Source: an uncultured delta proteobacterium
Lineage (GTDB): Bacteria > Desulfobacterota > Desulfobacteria > Desulfobacterales > UBA2156
Direction of reading: 5' to 3'
Assembly (NCBI GenBank): GCA_963736855.1
Contig: CAVTQK010000015.1
Span: 320,001-384,000, forward strand
Length of the DNA stretch: 64,000 nucleotides
The notes under the pieces are model-generated. The model did not search any database, was not told the DNA's origin, and worked only from the letters and a program-made list of their open reading frames with translations. Each line of letters begins with the position of its first letter. The first letter of the stretch is position 1. This document shows positions 1 through 10,418 of this stretch, piece by piece. The position numbers and the translations under genes are program-made.

Positions 1-260
1 TCACGGGAGACAAGCTCCAGCCGTTGACCGCCGATACCGCCGGCTTCGTTTGCTTCGGCCAGTGCCACTTCCACCCCCTGGTGGATTTCAAGGCCCTGCT
101 GGACGAATTTTCCGGAGAGCGGGTTGATTTCACCGATCTTTATGTTCGATGCCGCGCCAGATTCACTCAAAAAGGATGAAATCAATAAACATATAGCGAG
201 AGCGAGGTGTTTAAAAAGGAGGAAAAAAAAGTTTCGATAATTTTCAGGATTTTTTTTCAT
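1..260 (-). CDS. ABC transporter substrate-binding protein (LivJ/LivK-like), N-terminal part; runs off the window edge
   Basis: Not in the ORF track. Manual translation from ATG at 260: MKKNPENYRNFFFLLFKHLALAICLLISSFLSESGAASNIKIGEINPLSGKFVQQGLEIHQGVEVALAEANEAGGIGGQRLELVSR; signal peptide plus IKIG..PLSG..N..GGI.G..LELV pattern. Confidence 0.85.
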   Translation of the reverse strand, partial: MKKNPENYRNFFFLLFKHLALAICLLISSFLSESGAASNIKIGEINPLSGKFVQQGLEIHQGVEVALAEANEAGGIGGQRLELVSR

Positions 261-380
261 GGCTGAAACCTCCGATATTCACTATTCGGTGTTCGATATT
301 CGAAATTGAAAATAGTACAATAACACCGGCGCTTCACATTAAGGTGATAAAAACATGACTGCACGCTTATATCTGAGGCA

Positions 381-1340
381 TTATGAAAGCGTTATCATGG
401 ATCCCACGCTGTTGAGCACAAACCGGGAGGAAAATTCTTTCTGGAATCGCTGAACGGCCTTCCATCCCGTACAATGCATGGGCACAATGACCTCCGGATC
501 CATATTTTTCAATTCCCGGATCGTGTCGTCATGGATCTTTTCGAAAAACGGCCCGGAGAGATGAAATCCGCCTAGGACCGCGTGAACCTTCTCTTCTCCG
601 GTGGTTTTTTGTGCAAACATGACCGTATTGACGATACCGGCGTGCGCGCAGCCGGAGATGACCACCAATCCCTTGTCCTTGAGTTTTACGACAATCGCCT
701 GGTCTTCGGTGATGGGATCATGCACGAATTTTCCATCTTTCTCCAGAAGCGCGTTGGGCATCCCTTTTTCAAAACCTGTTTTGCGTTCCACTTCGCCAGT
801 GACCATGATCCGGTCGTCTGCAATCAACGTGGGTGTTTTGCTTTCAACAAGTTCGACGTTTTTCTGTTTCAGGTCATCCCGCACCAGGGTTCGGGGCCAC
901 AGTCGCTTGCTTCCGTCGGGTGCCGCGGTATACCGGGGATACACAAAGGCGCCGGGATGAAGCACCAGCGGAATCCGGCCGGGCATTTTATCGAGAATGG
1001 GGTACAGGGCCCCGGTGTGGTCCATGTGTCCGTGACTGATGACAACGGCCTCGATTGCTTCACTGTTGACCCCCAGAAGTTCCATGTTGTGCGGCACGCC
1101 GACTTTGGTGTAGCCCGTGTCGAAAAGGATGGTGTTTTTCCTACCTCCGCTATAAATGGTAATGAGCAGTGACAGACCGTGCTCCGCCAGCAGCGTATCC
1201 GCCAGAATATTTCCGCCTTTGGCCAGCGGCGGCCGTGTGACGATCTCTGAAGGGGGTAAGAGAAGATCAACGTAATTGTCAATCAGCGTGGTGATCTCGA
1301 CACGTTCCGCAGGTTTTATTGAAACCGGCAAACTGTTCAT
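381..1340 (-). CDS. MBL-fold metallo-hydrolase
   Basis: AEHGLS, LFDTG, SHGHMDHTG, SGCAHAG, GGFHL, PMHCTG motifs. Confidence 0.9.
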   Translation of the reverse strand: MNSLPVSIKPAERVEITTLIDNYVDLLLPPSEIVTRPPLAKGGNILADTLLAEHGLSLLITIYSGGRKNTILFDTGYTKVGVPHNMELLGVNSEAIEAVVISHGHMDHTGALYPILDKMPGRIPLVLHPGAFVYPRYTAAPDGSKRLWPRTLVRDDLKQKNVELVESKTPTLIADDRIMVTGEVERKTGFEKGMPNALLEKDGKFVHDPITEDQAIVVKLKDKGLVVISGCAHAGIVNTVMFAQKTTGEEKVHAVLGGFHLSGPFFEKIHDDTIRELKNMDPEVIVPMHCTGWKAVQRFQKEFSSRFVLNSVGSMITLS

Positions 1341-1545
1341 CGTTTTTCCTCCTTTTTATATAAAATCACGAAGCGATTTTATATATATTTCAATTATATT
1401 TATGTAAAGAGATTTGTCCCAAAATCTGCGATTGGTTTTGTCCAAGGCAGTGTGATGGTTTTGGTATCCACTCTTGACGACCGACCCCAACTGCAGGATA
1501 TACTGAGGCCATGGATATCTGCACCATCGGACCGGCTATTTAAAA

Positions 1546-2817
1546 ATGCTTCAAAACCGATATGATGTTGTCATAATCGGCGCAGGCCCCGCGGGTCTTA
1601 TCGCCGCCATTGAATGCGGCCGTCCTGCAAAATCCTTGCTCATTCTCGAAAAAATGCCAAAGCCCGCCCTGAAGCTGAGGATATCCGGCAAGGGACGGTG
1701 CAACATCACAAATAGCGCGGAGATAAAGGAATTTATTGCACATTTCGGCAAGAACGGTAAATTTTTACGGCATGCCTTTGGCAAGTTTTTCAATACGGAC
1801 CTGCTGAACTATTTCGAGGATCTCGGCATTCGCTTCAAGCTTGAACGAGGCGGACGATACTTCCCCCGGAATGACAATGCCCTGGAAATTGTCGATGCCT
1901 TACTCGGCAAAGCTAAAAAACTCAACATTCCCATTGAAACGCATTCCGAAGTAACCGCCATAACAAAACTCCCCAACGGGGAATTCAGCCTGACCATCCG
2001 TCACGCCGCCCCCGGTCCGAATACCCCCCCTGACCGGATGACGGTAAAAGCCGGCAAGGTTCTTCTGGCGACCGGGGGAAAATCTTATCCGAAAACCGGT
2101 TCCAGCGGGGGGGGCTATCCCCTCGCTTCCCGGCTGGGCCATACCATTACACCGCTTTCCCCTTCGCTGGTCCCCATGACGACAGCCGGCGATATTGCTG
2201 GAAAACTTAAAGGGTTGTCCCTGAAAAATGTCAGCGCGAGCGTCTGGTGTGAAGGCCGAAAGGCTGCCGAGCGGTTCGGAGAAATGGTCTTTACGGATGA
2301 TGGTGTATCCGGTCCGATTATACTCTCTTTAAGTCGGACAATCGTATCGCACCTGAATAACAAACGGAGCGTAAAGATTGTTATCGATTTAAAACCCGCG
2401 CTGGAGCATCAAGTGCTTGATCAGCGACTTTTAAGGGAAATCGACCAGTACGGCAGAGAGGAATTTAAATCACTGCTGAAACGGCTCCTGCCGATGAAAT
2501 TCATCCCGGTTTTTATTGAAAAGCTGGGGATACCGGCAGAAACGAAACTCAGCCAGCTCCGTCTTCAGGACCGCAGGCGGCTGCGGCTGCTGCTCAAAGA
2601 GTTTGCGCTGGAAGTCAGCGGGTGCCGGTCGTTTGACGAGGCGATTGTCACGGCCGGAGGCGTCAGTATAAACGAGATCGACCCGCGCACCATGGAATCA
2701 AAACTGGTGAAAGGGTTATATTTCGCGGGAGAAATTATCGACATCGATGCCGACACCGGCGGTTTCAATTTACAGGCGGCGTTTTCAACAGGCTGGCTGG
2801 CCGGGCGGTCCATGTGA
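1546..2817 (+). CDS. HI0933/BaiN-family flavoprotein
   Basis: [55 protein letters not shown]. Confidence 0.93.
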   Translation: MLQNRYDVVIIGAGPAGLIAAIECGRPAKSLLILEKMPKPALKLRISGKGRCNITNSAEIKEFIAHFGKNGKFLRHAFGKFFNTDLLNYFEDLGIRFKLERGGRYFPRNDNALEIVDALLGKAKKLNIPIETHSEVTAITKLPNGEFSLTIRHAAPGPNTPPDRMTVKAGKVLLATGGKSYPKTGSSGGGYPLASRLGHTITPLSPSLVPMTTAGDIAGKLKGLSLKNVSASVWCEGRKAAERFGEMVFTDDGVSGPIILSLSRTIVSHLNNKRSVKIVIDLKPALEHQVLDQRLLREIDQYGREEFKSLLKRLLPMKFIPVFIEKLGIPAETKLSQLRLQDRRRLRLLLKEFALEVSGCRSFDEAIVTAGGVSINEIDPRTMESKLVKGLYFAGEIIDIDADTGGFNLQAAFSTGWLAGRSM

Positions 2818-2827
2818 GGGAATCGGT

Positions 2828-3172
2828 TTGGCCCGTTTTGATGTTATTATCATCGGCGCAGGCGCTTCGGGCCTGATGTGTGCCGGCACCGCCGGCAGAC
2901 GGGGACGCCGTGTGCTCGTTCTCGAAAAAAATAGCCGAGTAGGGGAAAAAAGCCTGATATCCGGCGGCGGAGGGTGCAATTTTACCAAACTTTATATTGA
3001 ACCCGGCTGTTTTATTTCAGCGAATCCGCATTTCTGTAAATCCGCTTTAAAGCGTTATACCCAGCAAGGACTGTATTTTATCGGCGAGGTCGTCGATGTC
3101 ACCGGTCATCTGGGCGGCTTTAATTTTCAGTGGGCCTGGTCATCGGGGGTTGCGGCTGGGCAGAACGCATAA
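2828..3172 (+). pseudogene. Second HI0933/YhiN-type gene with a large in-frame internal deletion
   Basis: N-terminal ~80 aa (FDVIIIGAGASG..ISGGGGCNFT..NPHFCKSAL) joined directly to the family C-terminus (GLYFIGEVVDVTGHLGGFNFQWAWSSG); 114 aa versus ~400 typical. Confidence 0.8.
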
Positions 3173-3192
3173 AAAAACCTGCTGCGGTTGCG

Positions 3193-3903
3193 ATGACGAA
3201 ACGATTCAATTCAAATACGAGGTACCTGCCGAAAGGGCTTGTGATTCTTTACGAGGACCGGGATATTCTGGTGGTGGATAAGCCGGCAGGTCTCCTGACG
3301 GTCGCTACGGAAACGGATAAACTGCGCACGGTGCACTTTGCTCTGACGGATTATATCCGCAAGGGCTGCGCCAAGTCACGAAAACAGCTTTTTGTCGTAC
3401 ACCGGCTGGACAAGCAGACTTCAGGGGTACTCATCTTTGCCAAGACTGAAACGGCCATGCTCAACTTGAAGAATGGGTGGAAGAAAACTGAAAAAGAATA
3501 TCTGGCGGTGGTTCACGGCAGGCTTGCGGAACACTCCGGCACTGTTACGTCATACCTGACGGAGAACAAGACGAGCCAGGTTGTTTACAAGACGACCGAC
3601 ACTACAAAGGGGAAGCTGTCTCACACCACCTATCAGGTGCTCCGGGAGACAAGGAGATTTTCCCTGCTGGAAGTCCATCCCTTGACCGGGCGAAAGAACC
3701 AGATCCGCGTCCATCTCGCCGATCTCGGTCACCCGGTTGTTGGCGACCGAAAGTACGGAAAAGCCAACGAGCGCTATGACCGCATGGCACTGCATGCCCG
3801 ATCGATCAGCTTTAACCATCCCTTCAGCGGCAAGCGTCTCTTTTTTGAAGCGGAAGTGCCGGAATACTTCAACAAGCTTGTGGGCAAAACAGTTGACAGA
3901 TAG
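3193..3903 (+). CDS. RluA-family pseudouridine synthase
   Basis: VVDKPAGL, VHRLDKQTSG, TGRKNQIRVH, HPVVGDRKYG; start moved to ATG 3193. Confidence 0.92.
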   Translation: MTKRFNSNTRYLPKGLVILYEDRDILVVDKPAGLLTVATETDKLRTVHFALTDYIRKGCAKSRKQLFVVHRLDKQTSGVLIFAKTETAMLNLKNGWKKTEKEYLAVVHGRLAEHSGTVTSYLTENKTSQVVYKTTDTTKGKLSHTTYQVLRETRRFSLLEVHPLTGRKNQIRVHLADLGHPVVGDRKYGKANERYDRMALHARSISFNHPFSGKRLFFEAEVPEYFNKLVGKTVDR

Positions 3904-3930
3904 AGACTATGAAAGATTTTTAGTTCGGCG

Positions 3931-4170
3931 TAGAAGCCCACACTCTGCGGGTGTGGTCATGTGGGATTAGCTGTGCCGGTCCCGCATGGGTACGGCCTAA
4001 AAAGCCGCTCACTGCTATCCTTGAATCGAGTTGTAGCCGCAACGTCGAAAACAAGGAGGTAGCAGTGAGCAGATTTCGCAAGTTATCAAACACGATATGG
4101 CATTGTCAGTATCATATTGTCTGGGTTCCGAAATATCGATTCCACATATTGGATGGATCGTTGCGCGAAT
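3931..4170 (+). mobile_element. tnpA: Truncated IS200/IS605-family element (left-end hairpins plus 5' fragment of tnpA)
   Basis: From GTG 4065 after AAGGAGG: MSRFRKLSNTIWHCQYHIVWVPKYR, the Y1 transposase N-terminus; similarity is lost after ~35 aa; upstream hairpins. Confidence 0.8.
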
Positions 4171-5274
4171 TTACTTCGCGGCTCGGCTTATGGGCAAACG
4201 CACATGAAAGGTCGTGCCGATTCCGATCTGGCTTTCGACGGTTATATCGCCGCCGAGTTTCTTCAGAATACCATAGCAGATGGATAATCCAAGTCCGGTC
4301 CCTTTCCCGACAGGCTTGGTTGTAAAGAAGGGATCAAAAATCCTGTCTATTTGCGCATCGGGAATACCTTGGCCATTATCGCTTATATCGATCAACACCC
4401 AATTTTCTTGAATCCTTGTTTGAATTTCGATGACACCTTCGGCTGGTCCAATGGCGTCCACAGCATTGTTGAGGATATTCAGAAACATCTGCTGCATTTC
4501 GGAAGGAGAAGCCTTAATCATAGGCAGAGAAGGCTCAAATCTGGTTCTAATTACAATTTTGCCGGATTGCAGACGACGCCGGTATGTTGTTACCAATTCT
4601 TCGATTAGGCTGTTGATTTGCACTTCAAAGATCCGTGGGTCGCTTCTGCGAGCAAAACTCAGGAGTTTGTGTGTAATTTCCTTGCAGCGCTCTCCCTGAG
4701 TTTTGATTTTCATCAAGGAGTGTTTCAACTCGTCTAAGTTCTCATTGCGGCTGAAATCTCCATCCTTAAGCAAATCATCAATCCAGCCGGCCTCTTCCAC
4801 CATAATGGCGACCGGGTTGTTGATCTCATGGGCGATGCCGGCCGCGAGATCGCCGATAGGCCCCATAATCTGATCGATTTCCGCATTCCGGATGCGGTCC
4901 TCGTGCTCACTCTTGCGGCGATAGGCCTTAGCGATCTTTTCAACCAGAATTTTGGTGTCGACCGGTTTGAAAAGGAAATCATAGGCACCGAGCTTCATGC
5001 CCTCGACAGCGGTCTCAAGAGTGCCATGGCCCGTTAACATGATCACTTCCACAAGTGGAAGTTTCTTTTTAATCTCACGCAAAGTTTCGAGCCCGTCTAT
5101 ACCGGGCAACATTACGTCTAGGATTACCACATCAATTCTGATGTCATCCAGCAACTTCAAAGCCTCATCACCGGTATATGCTTTGGAAACCGTAAATTCC
5201 CGGAGGGTAAGACGTTCCGCAAGGAAGTTAACCATCTCTACTTCGTCATCAACGAGGAGCACTCTGATATTCAT
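4171..5274 (-). CDS. Hybrid response regulator-histidine kinase (REC-HisKA-HATPase)
   Basis: LLVDDE, LDVMLP, FKP; AHEINNP H-box; N box, [19 protein letters not shown]. Confidence 0.92.
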   Translation of the reverse strand: MNIRVLLVDDEVEMVNFLAERLTLREFTVSKAYTGDEALKLLDDIRIDVVILDVMLPGIDGLETLREIKKKLPLVEVIMLTGHGTLETAVEGMKLGAYDFLFKPVDTKILVEKIAKAYRRKSEHEDRIRNAEIDQIMGPIGDLAAGIAHEINNPVAIMVEEAGWIDDLLKDGDFSRNENLDELKHSLMKIKTQGERCKEITHKLLSFARRSDPRIFEVQINSLIEELVTTYRRRLQSGKIVIRTRFEPSLPMIKASPSEMQQMFLNILNNAVDAIGPAEGVIEIQTRIQENWVLIDISDNGQGIPDAQIDRIFDPFFTTKPVGKGTGLGLSICYGILKKLGGDITVESQIGIGTTFHVRLPISRAAK

Positions 5275-5606
5275 AGCTTATTCCTATAGCGGGAACTAAA
5301 AGACTACCGCCTGAAAAACGGATGATGGTAAGATTTTCCTTTTCGCGATTTGATGTATCTCAGAAATCGTCTTGTATGTCAACTTTTAGCAGGCACTTTA
5401 TATTGTGGAGGATTTCGTGGTGGTTTTAGGGGGATCGGTCGGTTATGCCGGACGAGTCGATGATTCCTGAAAAATCCTGAAAATTCGAGTCATTTTCACC
5501 GAGAATTGCTGTAAGAAACCCTCTCAAATAGACACGGGAGGACTTTTATGCTAAATTTTTTTTAAGGCACGCATCCGAAAAACCCGTTAACCGAAAGAAG
5601 AAGCCC

Positions 5607-6612
5607 ATGACACACTCCTTTAAAGCCATGGTGGTGACGGAAAATCCGCCGGGCACCTTCACCCGCCGAATCACCCAAAAAAGCATCGCCGAACTTCCAA
5701 CGGGGGACGTCTTGATCGAAGTCCGTTTTTCCTCCCTCAACTACAAGGACGCTCTTTCTGCAATCGGGAACAAGGGGGTCACCCGGACTTATCCCCACAC
5801 CCCGGGAATCGATGCCGCCGGCATCGTTGTGGAGGGAAAAGGGAGCGATTTTTCTCCAGGGGATCCGGTCCTGGTCACCGGATACGACCTGGGTATGAAC
5901 ACCTCGGGGGGCTTCGGACAGTTCATCCGGGTACCCGCCGACTGGGTGGTCCGTCTCCCAGAGGGGCTTTCCTTAAAACAAAGCATGATTTTGGGGACTG
6001 CCGGATTTACCGCCGGCCTTTCGGTGAGCAAGATCGTCGCCCACGGCATCCAGACCGGGACAAGGAAAAATCCTGGTGACCGGCGCATCCGGCGGTGTCG
6101 GGAGCATGGCCGTCGCCATCCTCTCCCGAATCGGGTACTCCGTCGCTGCGGCAACCGGAAAAATCGAAGAAGCTGATTTTTTTAAAAGCATCGGAGCATC
6201 GGAAGTCATCCCTCGGGAGGAAATCAAAGACGCGCCCCAAAAGGCGCTCCTCAAAGAACGATGGGCAGCCGTTGTGGATACGGTGGGAGGGGAATATTTG
6301 GCCGCCGCGCTCAAGACCACCGCTTACCGGGGCGCGGTCACTTGCTGCGGGAACGTGGCTTCGGCATCACTTTCCCTCACCGTGTACCCTTTTATTCTAA
6401 GGGGTATCACGCTTTACGGCGTCGATTCGGCCAACAACCCCATGGCACTCCGAAAAGCTGTCTGGGAAAAGCTGGCCGGCCCGTGGAAACCGGATTCTCT
6501 TTTCCGGATCGCTCATGAAATATCGCTCAGTATGCTGGATTCTTATATCGATCGGATCCTCGAAGGAAAACTGAAAGGAAGAACAATAGTCAACTTCCAA
6601 AGCAGTCTATAA
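5607..6612 (+). CDS. YhdH/AcuI-family MDR oxidoreductase, frameshifted near 6051
   Basis: SSLNYKD, PGIDAAG, GTAGFTA in the first ORF; ILVTGASGGVGS, PFILRG in the second; removing one C at ~6051 joins them. Confidence 0.88.
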
Positions 6613-6634
6613 AACGCCGACCCCAAACCGCTCA

Positions 6635-7756
6635 TCAATCCAGGCGCTTCCGGAACCGGTTCACCGCTCCTGCAAAAACCACTCCCCCTAAAACAGCCAG
6701 TTCCAGGAGCTGGGGCCACAATACGCTCATTCCGGTCCCTTTAAGGAAAATGCCCCGGATGATGACCAGAAAATGCCGCAAAGGATCCAGGTGGGTGAGC
6801 CACTGTACTGCCAAGGGCATGTTGGCGATCGGAAACACGAAACCGGAGAGCATGAAAAAGGGGAGGATAAAAAAGAAGTTGGTCATCATTGCCTGCTGTT
6901 GGGTTTTGGACACCGTGGAGATGAAAAGACCGATACCCAATGTGCTCAGCAGAAAAAGTCCTGTCGACCCCAAAAGCAGTAGTGCACTCCCCTCCATCGG
7001 AATCCGAAACCAGAGGATGGCAAAGGCGATCACCATAATCATCTGAGCCTGAGCGATGAGGATGAAGGGAATGGTCTTGCCTAAAATCATCTCCAAAGGC
7101 CGCAAGGGGGTCACGATGAGCTGTTCCATGGTCCCGGCTTCTTTTTCCCGAACGATAGCCATGGACGTCAAAAGGAGAGAAAGGAGCATCACCAAAAAAG
7201 CCACGATACCCGGCACGTAGTAAAACTGGCTGTCCAGATTCGGGTTGTACCAGGTGCGCACCCGAAGGTCGATTTCACCGAATTCGATCCTGCGGCGAAA
7301 GCGATCCCTCAACAGGCGCGTCCCGAACTCGTCCATCACGATGGAGGTATAAGCTATCCGGACAGCGGCCATGTTGCTCATGCTGCCGTCCACATGAACT
7401 CCGATGGCCGCGGTCTTCCCTTTGCGCACCGTGGCCTGAAAGTCCGGGGGGATCCAAATGCCCACGTCCACCCTTCTTTGTAGAAGCAGGCGGTCAAGAT
7501 CCTTAGGATTCTCGAGATGAAAAAGGATCCGGAAAGTCGGGTTGGCGTCGAAGGATTCCAGGAGTCGCCGGCTTTCCGGAGTCTTCGAATGATCCACCAC
7601 TCCCAACCGGATGTCCCTCACATCGGTGGTAACCACATATCCGAAAAGTACGATCTGGATCAGGGGGGCAAGGACAAGGATCGGCCAGTTTCTCTTGTCT
7701 CGAAAAACCTGAATGAATTCCTTGCGTACCAATTCCCTGATGCGGAGCCAACTCAT
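6635..7756 (-). CDS. ABC-2 type transporter permease (YbhR-like)
   Basis: WYNPNL, VREKEAGTMEQL, SGFVFPIANMP; hydrophobic segments. Confidence 0.92.
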   Translation of the reverse strand: MSWLRIRELVRKEFIQVFRDKRNWPILVLAPLIQIVLFGYVVTTDVRDIRLGVVDHSKTPESRRLLESFDANPTFRILFHLENPKDLDRLLLQRRVDVGIWIPPDFQATVRKGKTAAIGVHVDGSMSNMAAVRIAYTSIVMDEFGTRLLRDRFRRRIEFGEIDLRVRTWYNPNLDSQFYYVPGIVAFLVMLLSLLLTSMAIVREKEAGTMEQLIVTPLRPLEMILGKTIPFILIAQAQMIMVIAFAILWFRIPMEGSALLLLGSTGLFLLSTLGIGLFISTVSKTQQQAMMTNFFFILPFFMLSGFVFPIANMPLAVQWLTHLDPLRHFLVIIRGIFLKGTGMSVLWPQLLELAVLGGVVFAGAVNRFRKRLD

Positions 7757-7757
7757 T

Positions 7758-8891
7758 TCACAACCCCTCTTTTTTCAGGGCCCGGATATTGAGGCCCAGA
7801 AGGATCCCCGTCATAGCCGCAAGGACCGCAAAATTTTGCCACATCTGCAGAAAGGAAAGGTGCCTCAGGTAGAGCCCGTTTAGGATATCAATATAATAGG
7901 TCGCCGGTATGATACGTGTGACGAGCTTGAGGAAAACGGGCATGTTCTGCTGAGGGAAGACAAAGTCCGAGAGCAGCAGGGAAGGAAGGTATGTTAAAAG
8001 GATGGCCATCTGGTTGGCAACAAGCTGGGACTTGGTTTTGATGGAAATCAACAGACCGAGGCTGATGGCCACCGAAATGTAAATCATCGACGCCAGGATC
8101 ATGAGCCAGAAGCTCGACTTCATGACCACGCCGAAAAGGACCTGACCCATGAGAATGGCCACCAGCACATCCACCAGGGCGATGAACCAGTAACAAACGG
8201 CCTTGCCGAAAAAAAATTCCGAAGCCCGGATGGGTAGCGACCGGATGGTTTCCATAGTCCCGTTTTCGTACTCCCTGGCGATGACCAGAGAGGTCAGAAG
8301 CGCCCCCACGATCATGATGATGATGGCGACGATCCCGGGGACGATGAAATTTTTACTTTCCAGTTCTTCGTTGAACCAGACCCGGATCCGGGCCTCCACG
8401 GGGGCTTGGATAGGCTCTTGACCCTGACGGTTCAGAAAAGTCACCAATCGGTCTCGATTCCAGCGTCCCACGACGGTGGTGATGTAAGCGCGCGCGTTTC
8501 CGGCGTAGTTGGGATCGCTGCCGTCGAGGATCACCTGAAGGGGGGAGTTCTTTTCGGCTTTCAGATCGGCGGTAAATCCCGGCGGGATGATGATGCCCAT
8601 CGCGGCAAGATTGCCGTCAAGATGCCGGGTCAATTCTGCAGTGGACTCCGGGTACAAGACCACATCGAAATAGATCGAAGCATTTAACCGACGGATCAGA
8701 TCCCGGCTCTCCGGCGTATGCTCATGATCCACTACGGCTGTCGGGATGCGGTCCACGTCCAGGCTCAGGGCGTATCCGAAGAGCAGAATCAGCAAAAAAG
8801 GGATGAAAAAGGCCAGGTAGAGGCTTCTAAAATCCCGGATCAGGTGAAAATATTCCTTGCGAGCAATGGCCGCAATCTTCCGGAAGCTCAC
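7758..8891 (-). CDS. ABC-2 type transporter permease (YbhS-like)
   Basis: LFGYALSLD, WFNEEL, AREYENGTME. Confidence 0.92.
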   Translation of the reverse strand: MSFRKIAAIARKEYFHLIRDFRSLYLAFFIPFLLILLFGYALSLDVDRIPTAVVDHEHTPESRDLIRRLNASIYFDVVLYPESTAELTRHLDGNLAAMGIIIPPGFTADLKAEKNSPLQVILDGSDPNYAGNARAYITTVVGRWNRDRLVTFLNRQGQEPIQAPVEARIRVWFNEELESKNFIVPGIVAIIIMIVGALLTSLVIAREYENGTMETIRSLPIRASEFFFGKAVCYWFIALVDVLVAILMGQVLFGVVMKSSFWLMILASMIYISVAISLGLLISIKTKSQLVANQMAILLTYLPSLLLSDFVFPQQNMPVFLKLVTRIIPATYYIDILNGLYLRHLSFLQMWQNFAVLAAMTGILLGLNIRALKKEGL

Positions 8892-9634
8892 GGTGTGCTC
8901 CGACGCATCAGTGCCACGAAGGCATCGTTTAAATCCGCATCGGGCCTGTCCGGAAGAGCCTTTCGGATGATATCCGACGGACGGCCCATAGCGGCGATTT
9001 TGCCGACGTCGATCATGACGACGCGGTCGCAGTGTCGGGCCTCATCCATGTAATGGGTGGTGACGAAGACGGTGACCCCTTCTCCGGTGAGCCGTCGAAT
9101 GAATTCCCAGAAGTGCCGGCGGGTGATCGGATCGACTCCGGAGGTCGGCTCATCGAGAAAAAGGAGTTGGGGCCGATGAAGGAGTGCACACCCCAGCGCC
9201 AGCCGCTGTCGCCAACCGGGCGGGAGTTCCCGCGCGGGTCGATCCCGGACGGATTCCAGTCGGGTTGCATGAAAAACCCATTCCATGCGCTCTTTCCATA
9301 AGTTTGTCGGCACCTCGTAAATGCCGAGAAAAAAGCGAATATTTTCCATCGGGGTCATGTCCAGGTACAGCGAAAATTTCTGAGACATGTATCCGATGGA
9401 GCGCTTGATGCGTTCTGATTCGGTGAAAATGTCGAATCCGGAAACATGTCCGCTGCCGCTGGTGGGAGTGATGATGCCGCACAGCATGCGGATCGTCGTC
9501 GACTTTCCTGCACCGTTGGGGCCCAAAAAACCGAAGATCTCACGGGATTGAACGGAAAAAGAGACATGATCCACAGCCGTAAAGCTGCCGAACCGCTTGA
9601 CCAGGTTCGTAACGGATACGGCTTCAGAGTGCAA
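8888..9634 (-). CDS. ABC transporter ATP-binding protein (YbhF-like half)
   Basis: GPNGAGKS, GYMSQKFSLY, LDEPTSGVD, TTHYMDE. Confidence 0.93.
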   Translation of the reverse strand: MHSEAVSVTNLVKRFGSFTAVDHVSFSVQSREIFGFLGPNGAGKSTTIRMLCGIITPTSGSGHVSGFDIFTESERIKRSIGYMSQKFSLYLDMTPMENIRFFLGIYEVPTNLWKERMEWVFHATRLESVRDRPARELPPGWRQRLALGCALLHRPQLLFLDEPTSGVDPITRRHFWEFIRRLTGEGVTVFVTTHYMDEARHCDRVVMIDVGKIAAMGRPSDIIRKALPDRPDADLNDAFVALMRRSTP

Positions 9635-10418
9635 ACCGCTCCTCCTTCAGGCGCGGGTCCGCACTTTGGATGCGGTGGACCATCGCTTCTTCCAGGCTGG
9701 AAAAGCCGCTCCGAATCTCAACGGGCGGGGCATCGGCAATAATTCGAGCTTCGTGCAGAACCAGCAGACGGTCGCATCTTTCCCCCTCATCCAGGTAGGC
9801 CGTAGATACCAGGAGGGTCATCCCTGCGGTTTTCATCTCTGTCAAAATCTCCCAGAACTCCTGCCGGGATACCGGGTCTACCCCGTTGGTCGGTTCGTCC
9901 AGGATCAACATCCGCGGTTCATGGATCAGCACGCAGGCCAAGCCCAGTTTCTGTTTCATGCCACCCGACAGGTCCCCGGCTTTTCGATGGACAAAGGGTG
10001 TTAAATTGGAAAAGCCGAGATACTTCTCCCTTCGTCGGACACGCTCGGCTCCGGTGATACTATAGATATCCATGAAGAAATCGAGGTTCTCGTTTACGGT
10101 GAGGTCCGGGTAGAGACCGAACCGCTGGGGCATATAACCGATCATCGCCTTGACGGAAGATCTCTGGGACACCACGTCCATGCCGGAAACGACGACACTT
10201 CCCGAGGTGGGAGAGGTCATGGTTGCGATGATGCGAAGCAGGGTGGTTTTGCCGGCGCCGTCAGAGCCGATCAGTCCGATGACCGCTCCTTCGGCTACCG
10301 AAAAGGAGGCGTCGGAAACAGCGACGACCGCACCGAAGGTCTTGCTGACGTTCCTTGCAACGATTATGGCTTCAGCGGTTTGAAGGCCGTCTCCGGGAAG
10401 ATCATCGAAACCAGGCAT
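9624..10418 (-). CDS. ABC transporter ATP-binding protein (YbhF-like half)
   Basis: GSDGAGKT, LSGGMKQK, LDEPTNGVD, STAYLDE. Confidence 0.93.
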   Translation of the reverse strand: MPGFDDLPGDGLQTAEAIIVARNVSKTFGAVVAVSDASFSVAEGAVIGLIGSDGAGKTTLLRIIATMTSPTSGSVVVSGMDVVSQRSSVKAMIGYMPQRFGLYPDLTVNENLDFFMDIYSITGAERVRRREKYLGFSNLTPFVHRKAGDLSGGMKQKLGLACVLIHEPRMLILDEPTNGVDPVSRQEFWEILTEMKTAGMTLLVSTAYLDEGERCDRLLVLHEARIIADAPPVEIRSGFSSLEEAMVHRIQSADPRLKEERFAL

